Assembly (NCBI GenBank): GCA_963842525.1
Contig: CAWJGT010000024.1
Coordinates: 128,001 to 192,000 of the forward strand
Direction of reading: 5' to 3'
DNA length: 64,000 bases
Source: an uncultured Holophagales bacterium
GTDB lineage: Bacteria; Acidobacteriota; Thermoanaerobaculia; Multivoradales; UBA5704
The notes beneath the pieces are model-generated. The model was not told the origin of the DNA. It did no database searches and was given only the letters and a program-made list of their open reading frames with translations. Every line of letters begins with the position of its first letter. The stretch's first letter is position 1. This document shows positions 1-8,476 of this stretch, one piece after another. The translations under genes and the position numbers were made by a program.

Positions 1-72
1 GCCGCAACCGGAGCCGCGGTCTCCCATGAGGTATCCTATCGTTTCACCGAAGCCCGACCGTCTTCGAAGCGT

Positions 73-1401
73 ATGCTGACCCACACCGCCCTCGCTCTGC
101 TTCTGCTGCTCCCGGCTGCTGCCTCCGCGCAGGAGCTCGACACGGCTGTTTCCGCCGTGGTGAGGATCTCCGGTACGCGCGGCGGCACGCCGGTGCGGGG
201 AACCGGCTTCGTGGTTGGCCTAGATCGCGACAAGGCCACTATCGTCACCGCCTCGCACGTGATTGAGGGGGCGCCGCAGCTCGAGGTGACTTTCGCGGTC
301 GACCCCACCGAGAATTTCCCTGCCGGGGTCGTCTTCGGGATGGACGCCGGCAGCCCCCATGGCCTTGCCGTCTTCCAGGTTCGCGGTGCGCTTCCGGCGG
401 GGGTGACCACCCTGAGCTTTGAGGTCGAGAGCCGGCCTCGTATCGGGGAGGCGTTGTTCTTGCTGGGCTTTCCGGAGATGGCGCTCGCACCACGCGCCAC
501 TCAAAGAGTGCTTTCTTCCCGGAGTGGGACGTTGCTGCTGGTCGACCAGAGGATCGGGGAAAGTTTCTCCGGTGGTCCGGTCCTCCAAGGCGGCAGGGTG
601 GTGGGCGTGGTCACCGACATGGACGAGCAAACCACGTATGCCGTCAACGCTCTGGTGGTACGCGAGGCCTTGGAGGGCTGGGGGGTAAGGCTCGGACCGG
701 CAGCGCCAGCGGTGAAAGCATGCGTTCCTGGAGAAGAGCACACCGAAAACGGTATTGTCTTCGTTCGTATCTGTCCGGGGACCTTCACCATGGGCTCGGC
801 CGAGAACGATCTACGAGCCAATGCCGACGAGGTACCGGCCCACGAGGTTACGCTGAGCGAGTTCTGGATCGGCAAGACCGAGATCACCAATGAGCAGTAC
901 CGTCGCTTCCGCTCTGATCACAAGGGCGAGGCGAGCATGCCGGCGACCGGCGTCAGTTGGGCCGATGCGAAGGCGGTCTGCGAGTACCTCGGAGGCCGGC
1001 TTCCTACCGAGGCGCAGTGGGAGTACGCCGCGCGCGCCGGAAGCCAAACCGCCTGGTCGTTCGTTGACGACGAGCGCAGGCTCGGCGAGTACGCATGGTA
1101 TGCCGAGAACTCGGGCGACACGACACACCCAGTCGGCATGAGGAAGGCCAACGCCTGGGGTCTTCACGACATGCGCGGTAACGTCTGGGAGTGGGTGGCC
1201 GACTGGTACGGCGCATACCCCAGCGTGGCGCAGACCGACCCTTCCGGCCCCGCGACAGGCACGCTACGAGTGCTGCGGGGGGGCTCCTTCGACTGCACGC
1301 CAGGGTGCTTGCGCTCCGCGTACAGGTTCAGGACCCAGCCCGGGAACCGGTACGAGGACTTCGGCTTCCGCTGCGCGCGCGCCCCGCGCCGCCAGCCTTG
1401 A
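73..1401 (+). CDS. Secreted trypsin-like peptidase domain + FGE-sulfatase (SUMF1/CLec-fold) protein, copy 1
   Basis: Signal peptide (LALLLLLPAAASA). Trypsin-like motifs GTGFVV, TASHV, SGGPV. FGE motifs FTMGS, EITNEQY, RLPTEAQWEYAARAG, NAWGLHDMRGNVWEW, RGGSF..GFRC. Confidence 0.85.
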   Translation: MLTHTALALLLLLPAAASAQELDTAVSAVVRISGTRGGTPVRGTGFVVGLDRDKATIVTASHVIEGAPQLEVTFAVDPTENFPAGVVFGMDAGSPHGLAVFQVRGALPAGVTTLSFEVESRPRIGEALFLLGFPEMALAPRATQRVLSSRSGTLLLVDQRIGESFSGGPVLQGGRVVGVVTDMDEQTTYAVNALVVREALEGWGVRLGPAAPAVKACVPGEEHTENGIVFVRICPGTFTMGSAENDLRANADEVPAHEVTLSEFWIGKTEITNEQYRRFRSDHKGEASMPATGVSWADAKAVCEYLGGRLPTEAQWEYAARAGSQTAWSFVDDERRLGEYAWYAENSGDTTHPVGMRKANAWGLHDMRGNVWEWVADWYGAYPSVAQTDPSGPATGTLRVLRGGSFDCTPGCLRSAYRFRTQPGNRYEDFGFRCARAPRRQP

Positions 1402-1475
1402 TAGCGGCTTCTCATCAGACTCGTCTGGGATATCTATCTTAGCGCTTCACCGAGATCCGACCATCTCCGAAGCGT

Positions 1476-2837
1476 ATGCTGGCCCGCACCGCCTTCGCTC
1501 TGCTTCTGCTGCTGCCGGCTGTTACCACCGCGCAGGATCTCGACACGGCTGTTTCCGCCGTGGTGAGGATCTCCGGGACGCGCGGCGGCACGCCGGTGCG
1601 GGGAAGCGGCTTCGTGGTCGCCCTGGATCGCCGCAAGGCCACAATCGTCACCGCCTCGCATGTGATCGAAGGGGTGCAGAAGCTCGAGGTCACCTTCGCG
1701 GCAGACCTGGCCGTATCGTTCCGGTCCGAGGCCGTGCTCGGGGTAGACAAAGGCAACCCTCATGGCCTGGCCGTCTTTCAGGTTCGCGGTGCGCTTCCGG
1801 CAGGGGTTACCACGCTGAGCTTCGAGGTCGAGAGCCAACCTCGTCTTCGCGAGGCGCTGTTCTTGCTAGGCTTCCCACAGATGGCACGCGCACCACGTAT
1901 GGCCCAAGGGAGGCTCTCTGCCCGGAGTGGAACGTTGCTGCTCATCGATCACGAGAGCGAAGAAGGTCTCTCTGGTGGGCCGGTGCTCCAAGACGGCAAG
2001 GTGGTGGGCGTGGTCACCAACACTGATGCTCAGACGACCTATGCCATCAACGCGGTGATGGCGCGCGAGGCCCTGCAGGGCTGGGGAGTCAAGCTCGGCG
2101 GACAGAGCAGCATCGTCCCACCGACCAAGCCGGCACCGGCAGAGCTCGTGACGTGTAGGCCCGGAGAAGAACGTACAGAGGCCGGTATCGTCTTCGTCCG
2201 CATCTGCCCGGGGACCTTCACCATGGGCTCGTCCGAGAACGACCGTCAAGCCTCGATCGTCGAGAAGCCGGCCCATCAGGTCACACTGAGCGAGTTCTGG
2301 ATCGGCAAGACCGAGATCACGAACGAGCAGTACCGAGGCCTCCGCGGTGATCATCAGAGCGAGGCCCAGTTGCCGGCGACCGAGGTTACACGGGACGCAG
2401 CGGCAGCGGCTTGCGAGCACTTCGGCGGCAGCCTTCCCACTGAGGCGGAGTGGGAGTACGCCGCGCGCGCCGGCAGCCAGACCCCATGGTCGTTCGGTAA
2501 CGATGAGAAGATGCTCGGCACATATGCTTGGTATAAAGAAAACTCGGGTAATATGCCTCATCCCGTCGGAACTAAAAATCCTAACGCCTGGGGTCTTTAC
2601 GATATGCACGGCAACGTCGAGGAATGGGTAGCCGACAGGTTCTACACCTATCCTGAGATGGCGCAAATCGACCCCAGCCCCAAGACGGGTTGGAAGCTGA
2701 ACCGCATTGTGCGAGGAGGCTCCTTCGCCCAGGAGGCTTGGCACCTGCGCTCCACAAGCCGGAATGTGACTCCGTTCCCAGAATGGAACCGGAACATCGG
2801 CTTCCGCTGTGTGCGTGCCCCCCACAGCCAGCCCTGA
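1476..2837 (+). CDS. Secreted trypsin-like + FGE-sulfatase domain protein, copy 2
   Basis: Same architecture and motifs as copy 1. About 40 bp of upstream sequence is also duplicated. Confidence 0.85.
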   Translation: MLARTAFALLLLLPAVTTAQDLDTAVSAVVRISGTRGGTPVRGSGFVVALDRRKATIVTASHVIEGVQKLEVTFAADLAVSFRSEAVLGVDKGNPHGLAVFQVRGALPAGVTTLSFEVESQPRLREALFLLGFPQMARAPRMAQGRLSARSGTLLLIDHESEEGLSGGPVLQDGKVVGVVTNTDAQTTYAINAVMAREALQGWGVKLGGQSSIVPPTKPAPAELVTCRPGEERTEAGIVFVRICPGTFTMGSSENDRQASIVEKPAHQVTLSEFWIGKTEITNEQYRGLRGDHQSEAQLPATEVTRDAAAAACEHFGGSLPTEAEWEYAARAGSQTPWSFGNDEKMLGTYAWYKENSGNMPHPVGTKNPNAWGLYDMHGNVEEWVADRFYTYPEMAQIDPSPKTGWKLNRIVRGGSFAQEAWHLRSTSRNVTPFPEWNRNIGFRCVRAPHSQP

Positions 2838-2858
2838 CCCTCAACGCTCTTGATGCTT

Positions 2859-4196
2859 ATGCTGACCCGCCTCACTCTTGCCCTGCTCCTGCTGCTCCCG
2901 GCTTCCGCCTCGGCGCAGGAGCTCGACAAGGCGGTTTCCGCCCTGGTGAGGATCTCTGGCATGCGCGGCGGCACGCCGGTGCGGGGAAGCGGCTTCGTGG
3001 TCGGCCTCGATCGTGACAAAGCTACGATCGTCACCGCCTCGCGCGTGATCGAGGGAGTGCAGCAGCTCGAGATAACCTTCGCGGCCGATCGCACCGAAAG
3101 CTTCTCTGCCAGGCTCGTGCTCGGGACGGAAGCCGGTAACCAGCGCGGCCTGGCCGCCCTCCAGGTGCTCGGTGCGCTGCCGGCGGGAGTGATCGCTCTG
3201 AGCTTCGAGACCGAGGACCGGCTTCAACAAGGTGAGGACCTCTTCCTGTTAGGTTTCCCGGAGGCGTCTACGACTCCTCTTGCTCTGTGGCGACGCCATG
3301 CCGGCCCGAACGGTAATTTCCTGCAACTGGATGGCTCTGTGGAAGAGGCCTTCTCGGGTGCTCCAGTATTTTTGAAAGACAAAGTCGTGGGGGTCGTGAC
3401 GGTGACGGACGAGGATCTGCAGCGCGTCTTTGCTGTCAAGGCCACGGTAGCTCGAAAAGCAGTCGTCGGCTGGGGAGCCAGGCTCGGCGGGCACAGTAGC
3501 ATCCAGTCGAGATGCGAGCCTGGAGAAGAGTATACCAGGGAGAACATCGTCTTCGTCCTCATCTGCCCGGCAACCTTCACGATGGGCGCTCCTGATAACG
3601 ATTCGAAAGCCGATGACAATGAGAGGCCGGCCCATCAGGTTACGCTGAGCGAATTCTGGATCAGTAAGACCGAGATGACCAACGCGCAGTACCGCCGTTT
3701 CCGCCGTGGTCATAAAGGCCCGATCAACCGCCCGGTGACCGCCATCTCCTGGGAGGAGGCGAAGGCAGCCTGCGAGCACTTTGGAGGCCGCCTTCCCACA
3801 GAAGCAGAGTGGGAGTACGCCGCCCGCGCTGGCAGCCAGACGGTCTGGTCGTTCGGTGAGGACGAAAGGAAGCTCGGCACATATGCATGGTTTATCGATA
3901 ACTCAGGGAACAAACTTCCCCTCGCCGGATCGAAAGCACCCAATTCCTGGGGCCTCTACGACATGCACGGCAGCGTCTGGGAGTGGGTAGCCGACTGGTA
4001 TGCTCCTTACCCTGGCGCAGCGCAAACCGACCCCTCCGGACCCACGACAGGCGAGTATCATATTCTGCGGGGTGGCTCCTATCTCAGTGCGCCTGGTGAC
4101 CTTCGCTCCGGGGTCCGGTCCAGGTACGACCCCAAGATCATCCGATCCGCCGACTATGGATTCCGCTGTGCCTACACCTCTAGCGAGCAGCCATGA
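2859..4196 (+). CDS. Secreted trypsin-like + FGE-sulfatase domain protein, copy 3
   Basis: Same architecture; TASH changed to TASR. Start chosen by alignment to copy 1 (alternatives 2850/2853). Confidence 0.85.
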   Translation: MLTRLTLALLLLLPASASAQELDKAVSALVRISGMRGGTPVRGSGFVVGLDRDKATIVTASRVIEGVQQLEITFAADRTESFSARLVLGTEAGNQRGLAALQVLGALPAGVIALSFETEDRLQQGEDLFLLGFPEASTTPLALWRRHAGPNGNFLQLDGSVEEAFSGAPVFLKDKVVGVVTVTDEDLQRVFAVKATVARKAVVGWGARLGGHSSIQSRCEPGEEYTRENIVFVLICPATFTMGAPDNDSKADDNERPAHQVTLSEFWISKTEMTNAQYRRFRRGHKGPINRPVTAISWEEAKAACEHFGGRLPTEAEWEYAARAGSQTVWSFGEDERKLGTYAWFIDNSGNKLPLAGSKAPNSWGLYDMHGSVWEWVADWYAPYPGAAQTDPSGPTTGEYHILRGGSYLSAPGDLRSGVRSRYDPKIIRSADYGFRCAYTSSEQP

Positions 4197-5518
4197 TGCT
4201 GATCCGAATTATCCTTGTCCTGTCTCTGTTGTTCCCAGCGGCTGCCTTTACGCAGGAGCTCGACACGGCTGTTTCCGCCCTGGTGAGGATTTCCGGGACA
4301 CGCGACGGCACCCCCGTATGGGGAACTGGTTTCGTGATCGGTTTCGATCGCGGCAAGGCGAGGATCGTCACCGCCTCGCGCGTGATCGAGGGGTTGGAGC
4401 AGATTGCGGTGACCTTCGCGGTCGACCCCGGCAAAAGCTCTCTGGCCGGAACCGTCCTCGGGTTGGACGCCGGTAATCCGAACGGCTTGGCTGCCTTGCA
4501 GGTTCGCGGTGCCCTCCCTGCAGGGGTAACGACTCTCAGCTTTGAGACCGAAAGCCGGCCGCGCGCCGGCGAGGTGTTGTCCTTGCTGGGGTTTCCAAAG
4601 GCGGAATCTGCGCCGCTCACGATCTCCAAAACCCTGTCTGCCCAGAGCGGACCTTTGCTGCTGATCAATGAGGGAATCGGAGACGGTTTCTCCGGAGGTC
4701 CCGTGCTCCAAGGCGGCAAAGTGGTGGGTATAATCACCGACATCAAGGCACAGACGACGCACGCCGTCAATGCCATCGTGGCGCGCACGGCCTCGGAGGG
4801 CTGGGGAGTCAGCGATTGCGTGCCTGGACAAGAGCGCACGGAGAACGGCATCGTCTTCGTTCGCATCTGCTCCGGGACCTTTATCATGGGCGCAAATGAG
4901 AACGACCATAGAGCCTCTGACAACCAGAAGCCGGTGCACCGGGTTACGCTGAGCGAGTTCTGGCTCGGCAGAACCGAGATCACCAACGAGCAGTTCCACG
5001 GCTTCCGTCCAGATCATGTGGACGATTCTGATCTGGAGGGTGTGCCCAATATGCCGGTAACGAAGGTCAACTGGTTTGACGCGAAGGCCGCTTGCGAGCA
5101 CTTCGGTGGCCGCCTCCCCACTGAGGCGGAGTGGGAGTACGCCGCGCGAACCGGCAAACGGACCACCTGGTCGTTCGGTGACGACGAGAAGATGCTCGAC
5201 GAATACGCTTGGTACGATAAGACCTCAAGTGGCCTGCCGCACCCTGTCGGCACGAAGAGGGCCAACTCCTGGGGTTTATATGACATGGATGGCAACGTCT
5301 CTGAGTGGGTGGCTGACAAATTCAGCCGATCCTATCCGGACAAGCCGCAAACCGATCCTACCGGTCCCAGGGAAGGCGATCTCCGTGTGGTGCGGGGGAA
5401 CACGTTCAGATTCCCATCCTGGCTCCAGAGTCCGGCTGTCCGGAGAGGGGGGCAGCCCAAGTCTGGGGACTGGACCACCGGCTTCCGCTGTGCGCGCAGC
5501 TCTTTCCGCCAGCCTTGA
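4193..5518 (+). CDS. Secreted trypsin-like + FGE-sulfatase domain protein, copy 4
   Basis: Same architecture; ATGA overlap with copy 3; TASR variant. Confidence 0.85.
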   Translation: MMLIRIILVLSLLFPAAAFTQELDTAVSALVRISGTRDGTPVWGTGFVIGFDRGKARIVTASRVIEGLEQIAVTFAVDPGKSSLAGTVLGLDAGNPNGLAALQVRGALPAGVTTLSFETESRPRAGEVLSLLGFPKAESAPLTISKTLSAQSGPLLLINEGIGDGFSGGPVLQGGKVVGIITDIKAQTTHAVNAIVARTASEGWGVSDCVPGQERTENGIVFVRICSGTFIMGANENDHRASDNQKPVHRVTLSEFWLGRTEITNEQFHGFRPDHVDDSDLEGVPNMPVTKVNWFDAKAACEHFGGRLPTEAEWEYAARTGKRTTWSFGDDEKMLDEYAWYDKTSSGLPHPVGTKRANSWGLYDMDGNVSEWVADKFSRSYPDKPQTDPTGPREGDLRVVRGNTFRFPSWLQSPAVRRGGQPKSGDWTTGFRCARSSFRQP

Positions 5519-5526
5519 CTCTTGTC

Positions 5527-6303
5527 ATGAGTGTAGAAAGCAAGAGCCAGGGCCGGCGGAAGGGAAGCACGCGATGCGGGCGGGCGATCGCCGCGGTCCT
5601 CCTCCTAATCGCTCTGCCGCTCCTAGCTCAGTACGACCCCGCGCTCCAGTACCAGAACCGTGGCAACCGCTATGAGGGCCTCAAGCCCAAGCCGGTGAGC
5701 GGCTACGACATCGAGCTTCTCTCCGCCCTCGTCGACTACCGCGAGCCGAGCCCCGCCTGGCCTCCCACACTGCGCCTCAAGTTCTACCTCCCCGCCACCG
5801 AGCCGGTCTTCGTCACCGTCCGCCAGCCGCGGCCCAAGACCGCCTACTACTGGCTCGACAAGGTCGTCCCTCCTGCACCCTGGCGCCCTCGGGTGCTCAA
5901 CGAGTTCTCCTGGCCCACGAAGCCCGTGCTCCAGAAGTTGAGCTCGGTGACCCTCGACGACCTGGGAGTCGTGGTGCGCCTGCGCCAGCAAGATCCGTCC
6001 AGGAGAGAGACGATCGCCCCGGCAGCGCTTTTTCACACGCAGCCACCACCGGCCGCGAGCGGCTATCGTTTTACGTTCAAGACCAACGGCACAGCCCACG
6101 TCACCTGCAAGATCTACCGGGGCGACAAAGAGGTCTACCAACGGCCCCAGAATCGTGAGAGGGCCGGCAGCCCTTTCACTTTGAGCTGGGATACCCAGGG
6201 CCAACCGGAAGGCGAGTACCGCCTCGCGCTCTCCGGCTACTTCGACGACAACACCCCGCTCGCCAAAGAGGTGCTCTTCTACCACAGGGCCGCCTGGAAA
6301 TGA
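5527..6303 (+). CDS. Hypothetical secreted/anchored protein, beta-rich
   Basis: Coding-like GC3, N-terminal hydrophobic segment (AIAAVLLLIALPLLA), operonic spacing; no recognised family. Confidence 0.7.
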   Translation: MSVESKSQGRRKGSTRCGRAIAAVLLLIALPLLAQYDPALQYQNRGNRYEGLKPKPVSGYDIELLSALVDYREPSPAWPPTLRLKFYLPATEPVFVTVRQPRPKTAYYWLDKVVPPAPWRPRVLNEFSWPTKPVLQKLSSVTLDDLGVVVRLRQQDPSRRETIAPAALFHTQPPPAASGYRFTFKTNGTAHVTCKIYRGDKEVYQRPQNRERAGSPFTLSWDTQGQPEGEYRLALSGYFDDNTPLAKEVLFYHRAAWK

Positions 6304-7451
6304 GCGCCGTGGAAAGCAAGAAAGCGGCGCCACGCCGCTCGCGTTCGCTCCTCTGGCTGGCGCTGCCGACCCTGGTCCTCCTGCCGCTGGTCGTGCTTTC
6401 AACTTTCTGGCACCTTTCCACCCGCGTCCAACTTGAGGTTGCGACCCAACGGCTCGCCTTCACCTTGGGAGGAGAGGGGAGCCACGAGATCCTCGGTCGC
6501 TCGGTGCCTTTCTCGTCCCTCGTCGTCGAAGATTGCGGCGCCGTGGCCTTCGCCGCTGAGAAGCTGGAGATCGCTGATCCGCGACAACTCGTGCCTGGAA
6601 CAGAAGCCGGCGCAACACCGGACTTTCCCCCAGCGGCCTGGCGCGAGCTAACACCCACCGGCCCGGTGAAGCTTTTGTGCCGCGACCCGGCGGCCAAGCT
6701 GACCCTCCAGAACCCCGATCCCGTCGCCGGACGGTTGGGGCTCCTCGATCGCATCCGTTTCGCGCCAGGCTCGCAGGTGGTTCTCGAGGTCTCTCCGGGT
6801 CGAGAGCCCGCTCTCAGCCTGGAGATCGAGATGCCCCTGGAGCTCAACCTCGCGCTTGGCCCCGACCTCGAGGTCGTGACCGACTTCGTCGAGGCCAAGG
6901 GCATGGCCGTGCCCTTCCCCGCGGGCCTCCTGACCTGGCGGGCGCGGCTTCCGGAGGCGCGCCGGACGGTCGAGGTCACGAGCGGCGAGCACGGTCTGAT
7001 CTTGATCGTGACCCCCGCTCGGGACCAGCTCGCGAAGCTCTTCCGCGAGCCGCTCGACCTCCCGCTCGCCTCGGTGGAGCTGCTCGAAGAGGATCTCGAA
7101 GGGAAGCTCACGACGCCGCTCCGCGACAGGGCCAGCCTCAGCTACCCCGAATATCCCGCTGTCCCGGCCGTGACCATCGAGAAAGACGAGGCTGTGGGGC
7201 TTGGGAGGCTCTCGCAGGCGCGCCTGAGAAGCCTGGAGCTCGACGCCGGGAAGGGTGCGCTGCGGGCGCGCTTCGACGGTGTGGCTGATCGTGCCACCAG
7301 CCGTTCCGGACAGTTTGTCAGCGACCACCGCCTGACGCTCTTCCATATCTTTCGCTATAGCTGGCGCTGGGGGGCGATCGCGGTCGCTGCGGCGTGGATC
7401 GTTTCCACGACCTGGGTTGCCTTCGAAGCTCGGAAGAAGCTCCAGGAGTGA
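6300..7451 (+). CDS. Hypothetical membrane protein (N- and C-terminal TM helices, large extracytoplasmic domain)
   Basis: ATGA overlap with the previous gene; hydrophobic segments at both ends. Confidence 0.7.
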   Translation: MSAVESKKAAPRRSRSLLWLALPTLVLLPLVVLSTFWHLSTRVQLEVATQRLAFTLGGEGSHEILGRSVPFSSLVVEDCGAVAFAAEKLEIADPRQLVPGTEAGATPDFPPAAWRELTPTGPVKLLCRDPAAKLTLQNPDPVAGRLGLLDRIRFAPGSQVVLEVSPGREPALSLEIEMPLELNLALGPDLEVVTDFVEAKGMAVPFPAGLLTWRARLPEARRTVEVTSGEHGLILIVTPARDQLAKLFREPLDLPLASVELLEEDLEGKLTTPLRDRASLSYPEYPAVPAVTIEKDEAVGLGRLSQARLRSLELDAGKGALRARFDGVADRATSRSGQFVSDHRLTLFHIFRYSWRWGAIAVAAAWIVSTTWVAFEARKKLQE

Positions 7452-7628
7452 GGTGCCCCCCGCGACTCTTCCGGGGGGCGGAGAGCAACTTCTTCGCCCT
7501 TTTGCGCGTATTCAGGCTCGTGGAGCGGGCCCTGCCCTGGCATCCGGGCACCGGATCGGCTATCCTGGCGGCCGGTTTCCCCAGACTCCGTAGATTCCGC
7601 ACGACACGCAACACGAGGAGGAATATCG

Positions 7629-8384
7629 ATGATACGCAAGACCTTCGCCTGCCTGTTCCTGGCAAGCCTGATCGGAGCCGCGGTGTCGGCCCAGACCGCC
7701 GACGAGCTGATCGACAAGGGCATCCAGGCCCGGGGCGGACGCGACAAGATCAAGTCCATCCAGAGCATCCGGATGACCGGCAAGATGATCATCAACCAGG
7801 GTGGGCAGATGCTCGAGATGCCCATCGTGATGGAGGCGGCCCGCCCGGACAAGGTCCGTATCGACTCCACCTTCCAGGGCATGACCATGGTCCAGGCCTT
7901 CGACGGCACGACCGGCTGGACGGTGATGCCCTTCATGGGCAAGAAGGACCCGGAGGCGGTCTCCGGAGAGCAGCTCGACCAGATCAAGAGACAGGCGGAC
8001 GTCATCGACGGGCTGCTCGTCGACTACAAGGAGAAGGGCCATCAGGTCGAGTACGCGGGCAAGGAGGACCTGGAGGGCACGCCGGCCCATAAGCTCAAGG
8101 TGACCCGGAAGGACGGCGACATCGTCTATGTGTACCTCGACGCCGAGCAGTTCCTGGAGCTCAAGCACAAGCAGAAGACCAAGCTGCCGGGCGGCCAGGA
8201 GATCGAAAGCGAGGCCGCGATGAGCGACTACAAGGAGGTCGGCGGCATCCTCTTCCCCCATTCGATGGAGATGAAGGCCGGCCCCGGGACCATGAGCATG
8301 ACGCTGGACAAGATCGAGCTCAACCCGGATCTGCCCGCCAGCCGCTTCGAGATGCCGAAGGCCGAGAAGAAGCCGGCCCAGTAG
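7629..8384 (+). CDS. Secreted outer-membrane lipoprotein-sorting-like (LolA-fold) protein
   Basis: SD GAGGAGG, signal peptide, AQTADELIDK..ARGG..I.S.RMTG N-terminus and SDYKEVGG..FP..ME C-terminal motif typical of this family. Confidence 0.65.
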   Translation: MIRKTFACLFLASLIGAAVSAQTADELIDKGIQARGGRDKIKSIQSIRMTGKMIINQGGQMLEMPIVMEAARPDKVRIDSTFQGMTMVQAFDGTTGWTVMPFMGKKDPEAVSGEQLDQIKRQADVIDGLLVDYKEKGHQVEYAGKEDLEGTPAHKLKVTRKDGDIVYVYLDAEQFLELKHKQKTKLPGGQEIESEAAMSDYKEVGGILFPHSMEMKAGPGTMSMTLDKIELNPDLPASRFEMPKAEKKPAQ

Positions 8385-8476
8385 GCCGAGCGTCTTCCGT
8401 TCCCGCCGCGGGGCCCGGCACGGTCCCGCGGCGATCCTGAAGATCCCTTGTTTTCTTTTCTGAGAGAGGAACGCAC

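Noticed and set aside
73-5518. FGE domains as true formylglycine-generating enzymes for the sulfatase at 17335
   Set aside because: The catalytic cysteine pair is not conserved across copies (only copy 1 has Cys, at variable positions), and the sulfatase lacks the CxPxR target.
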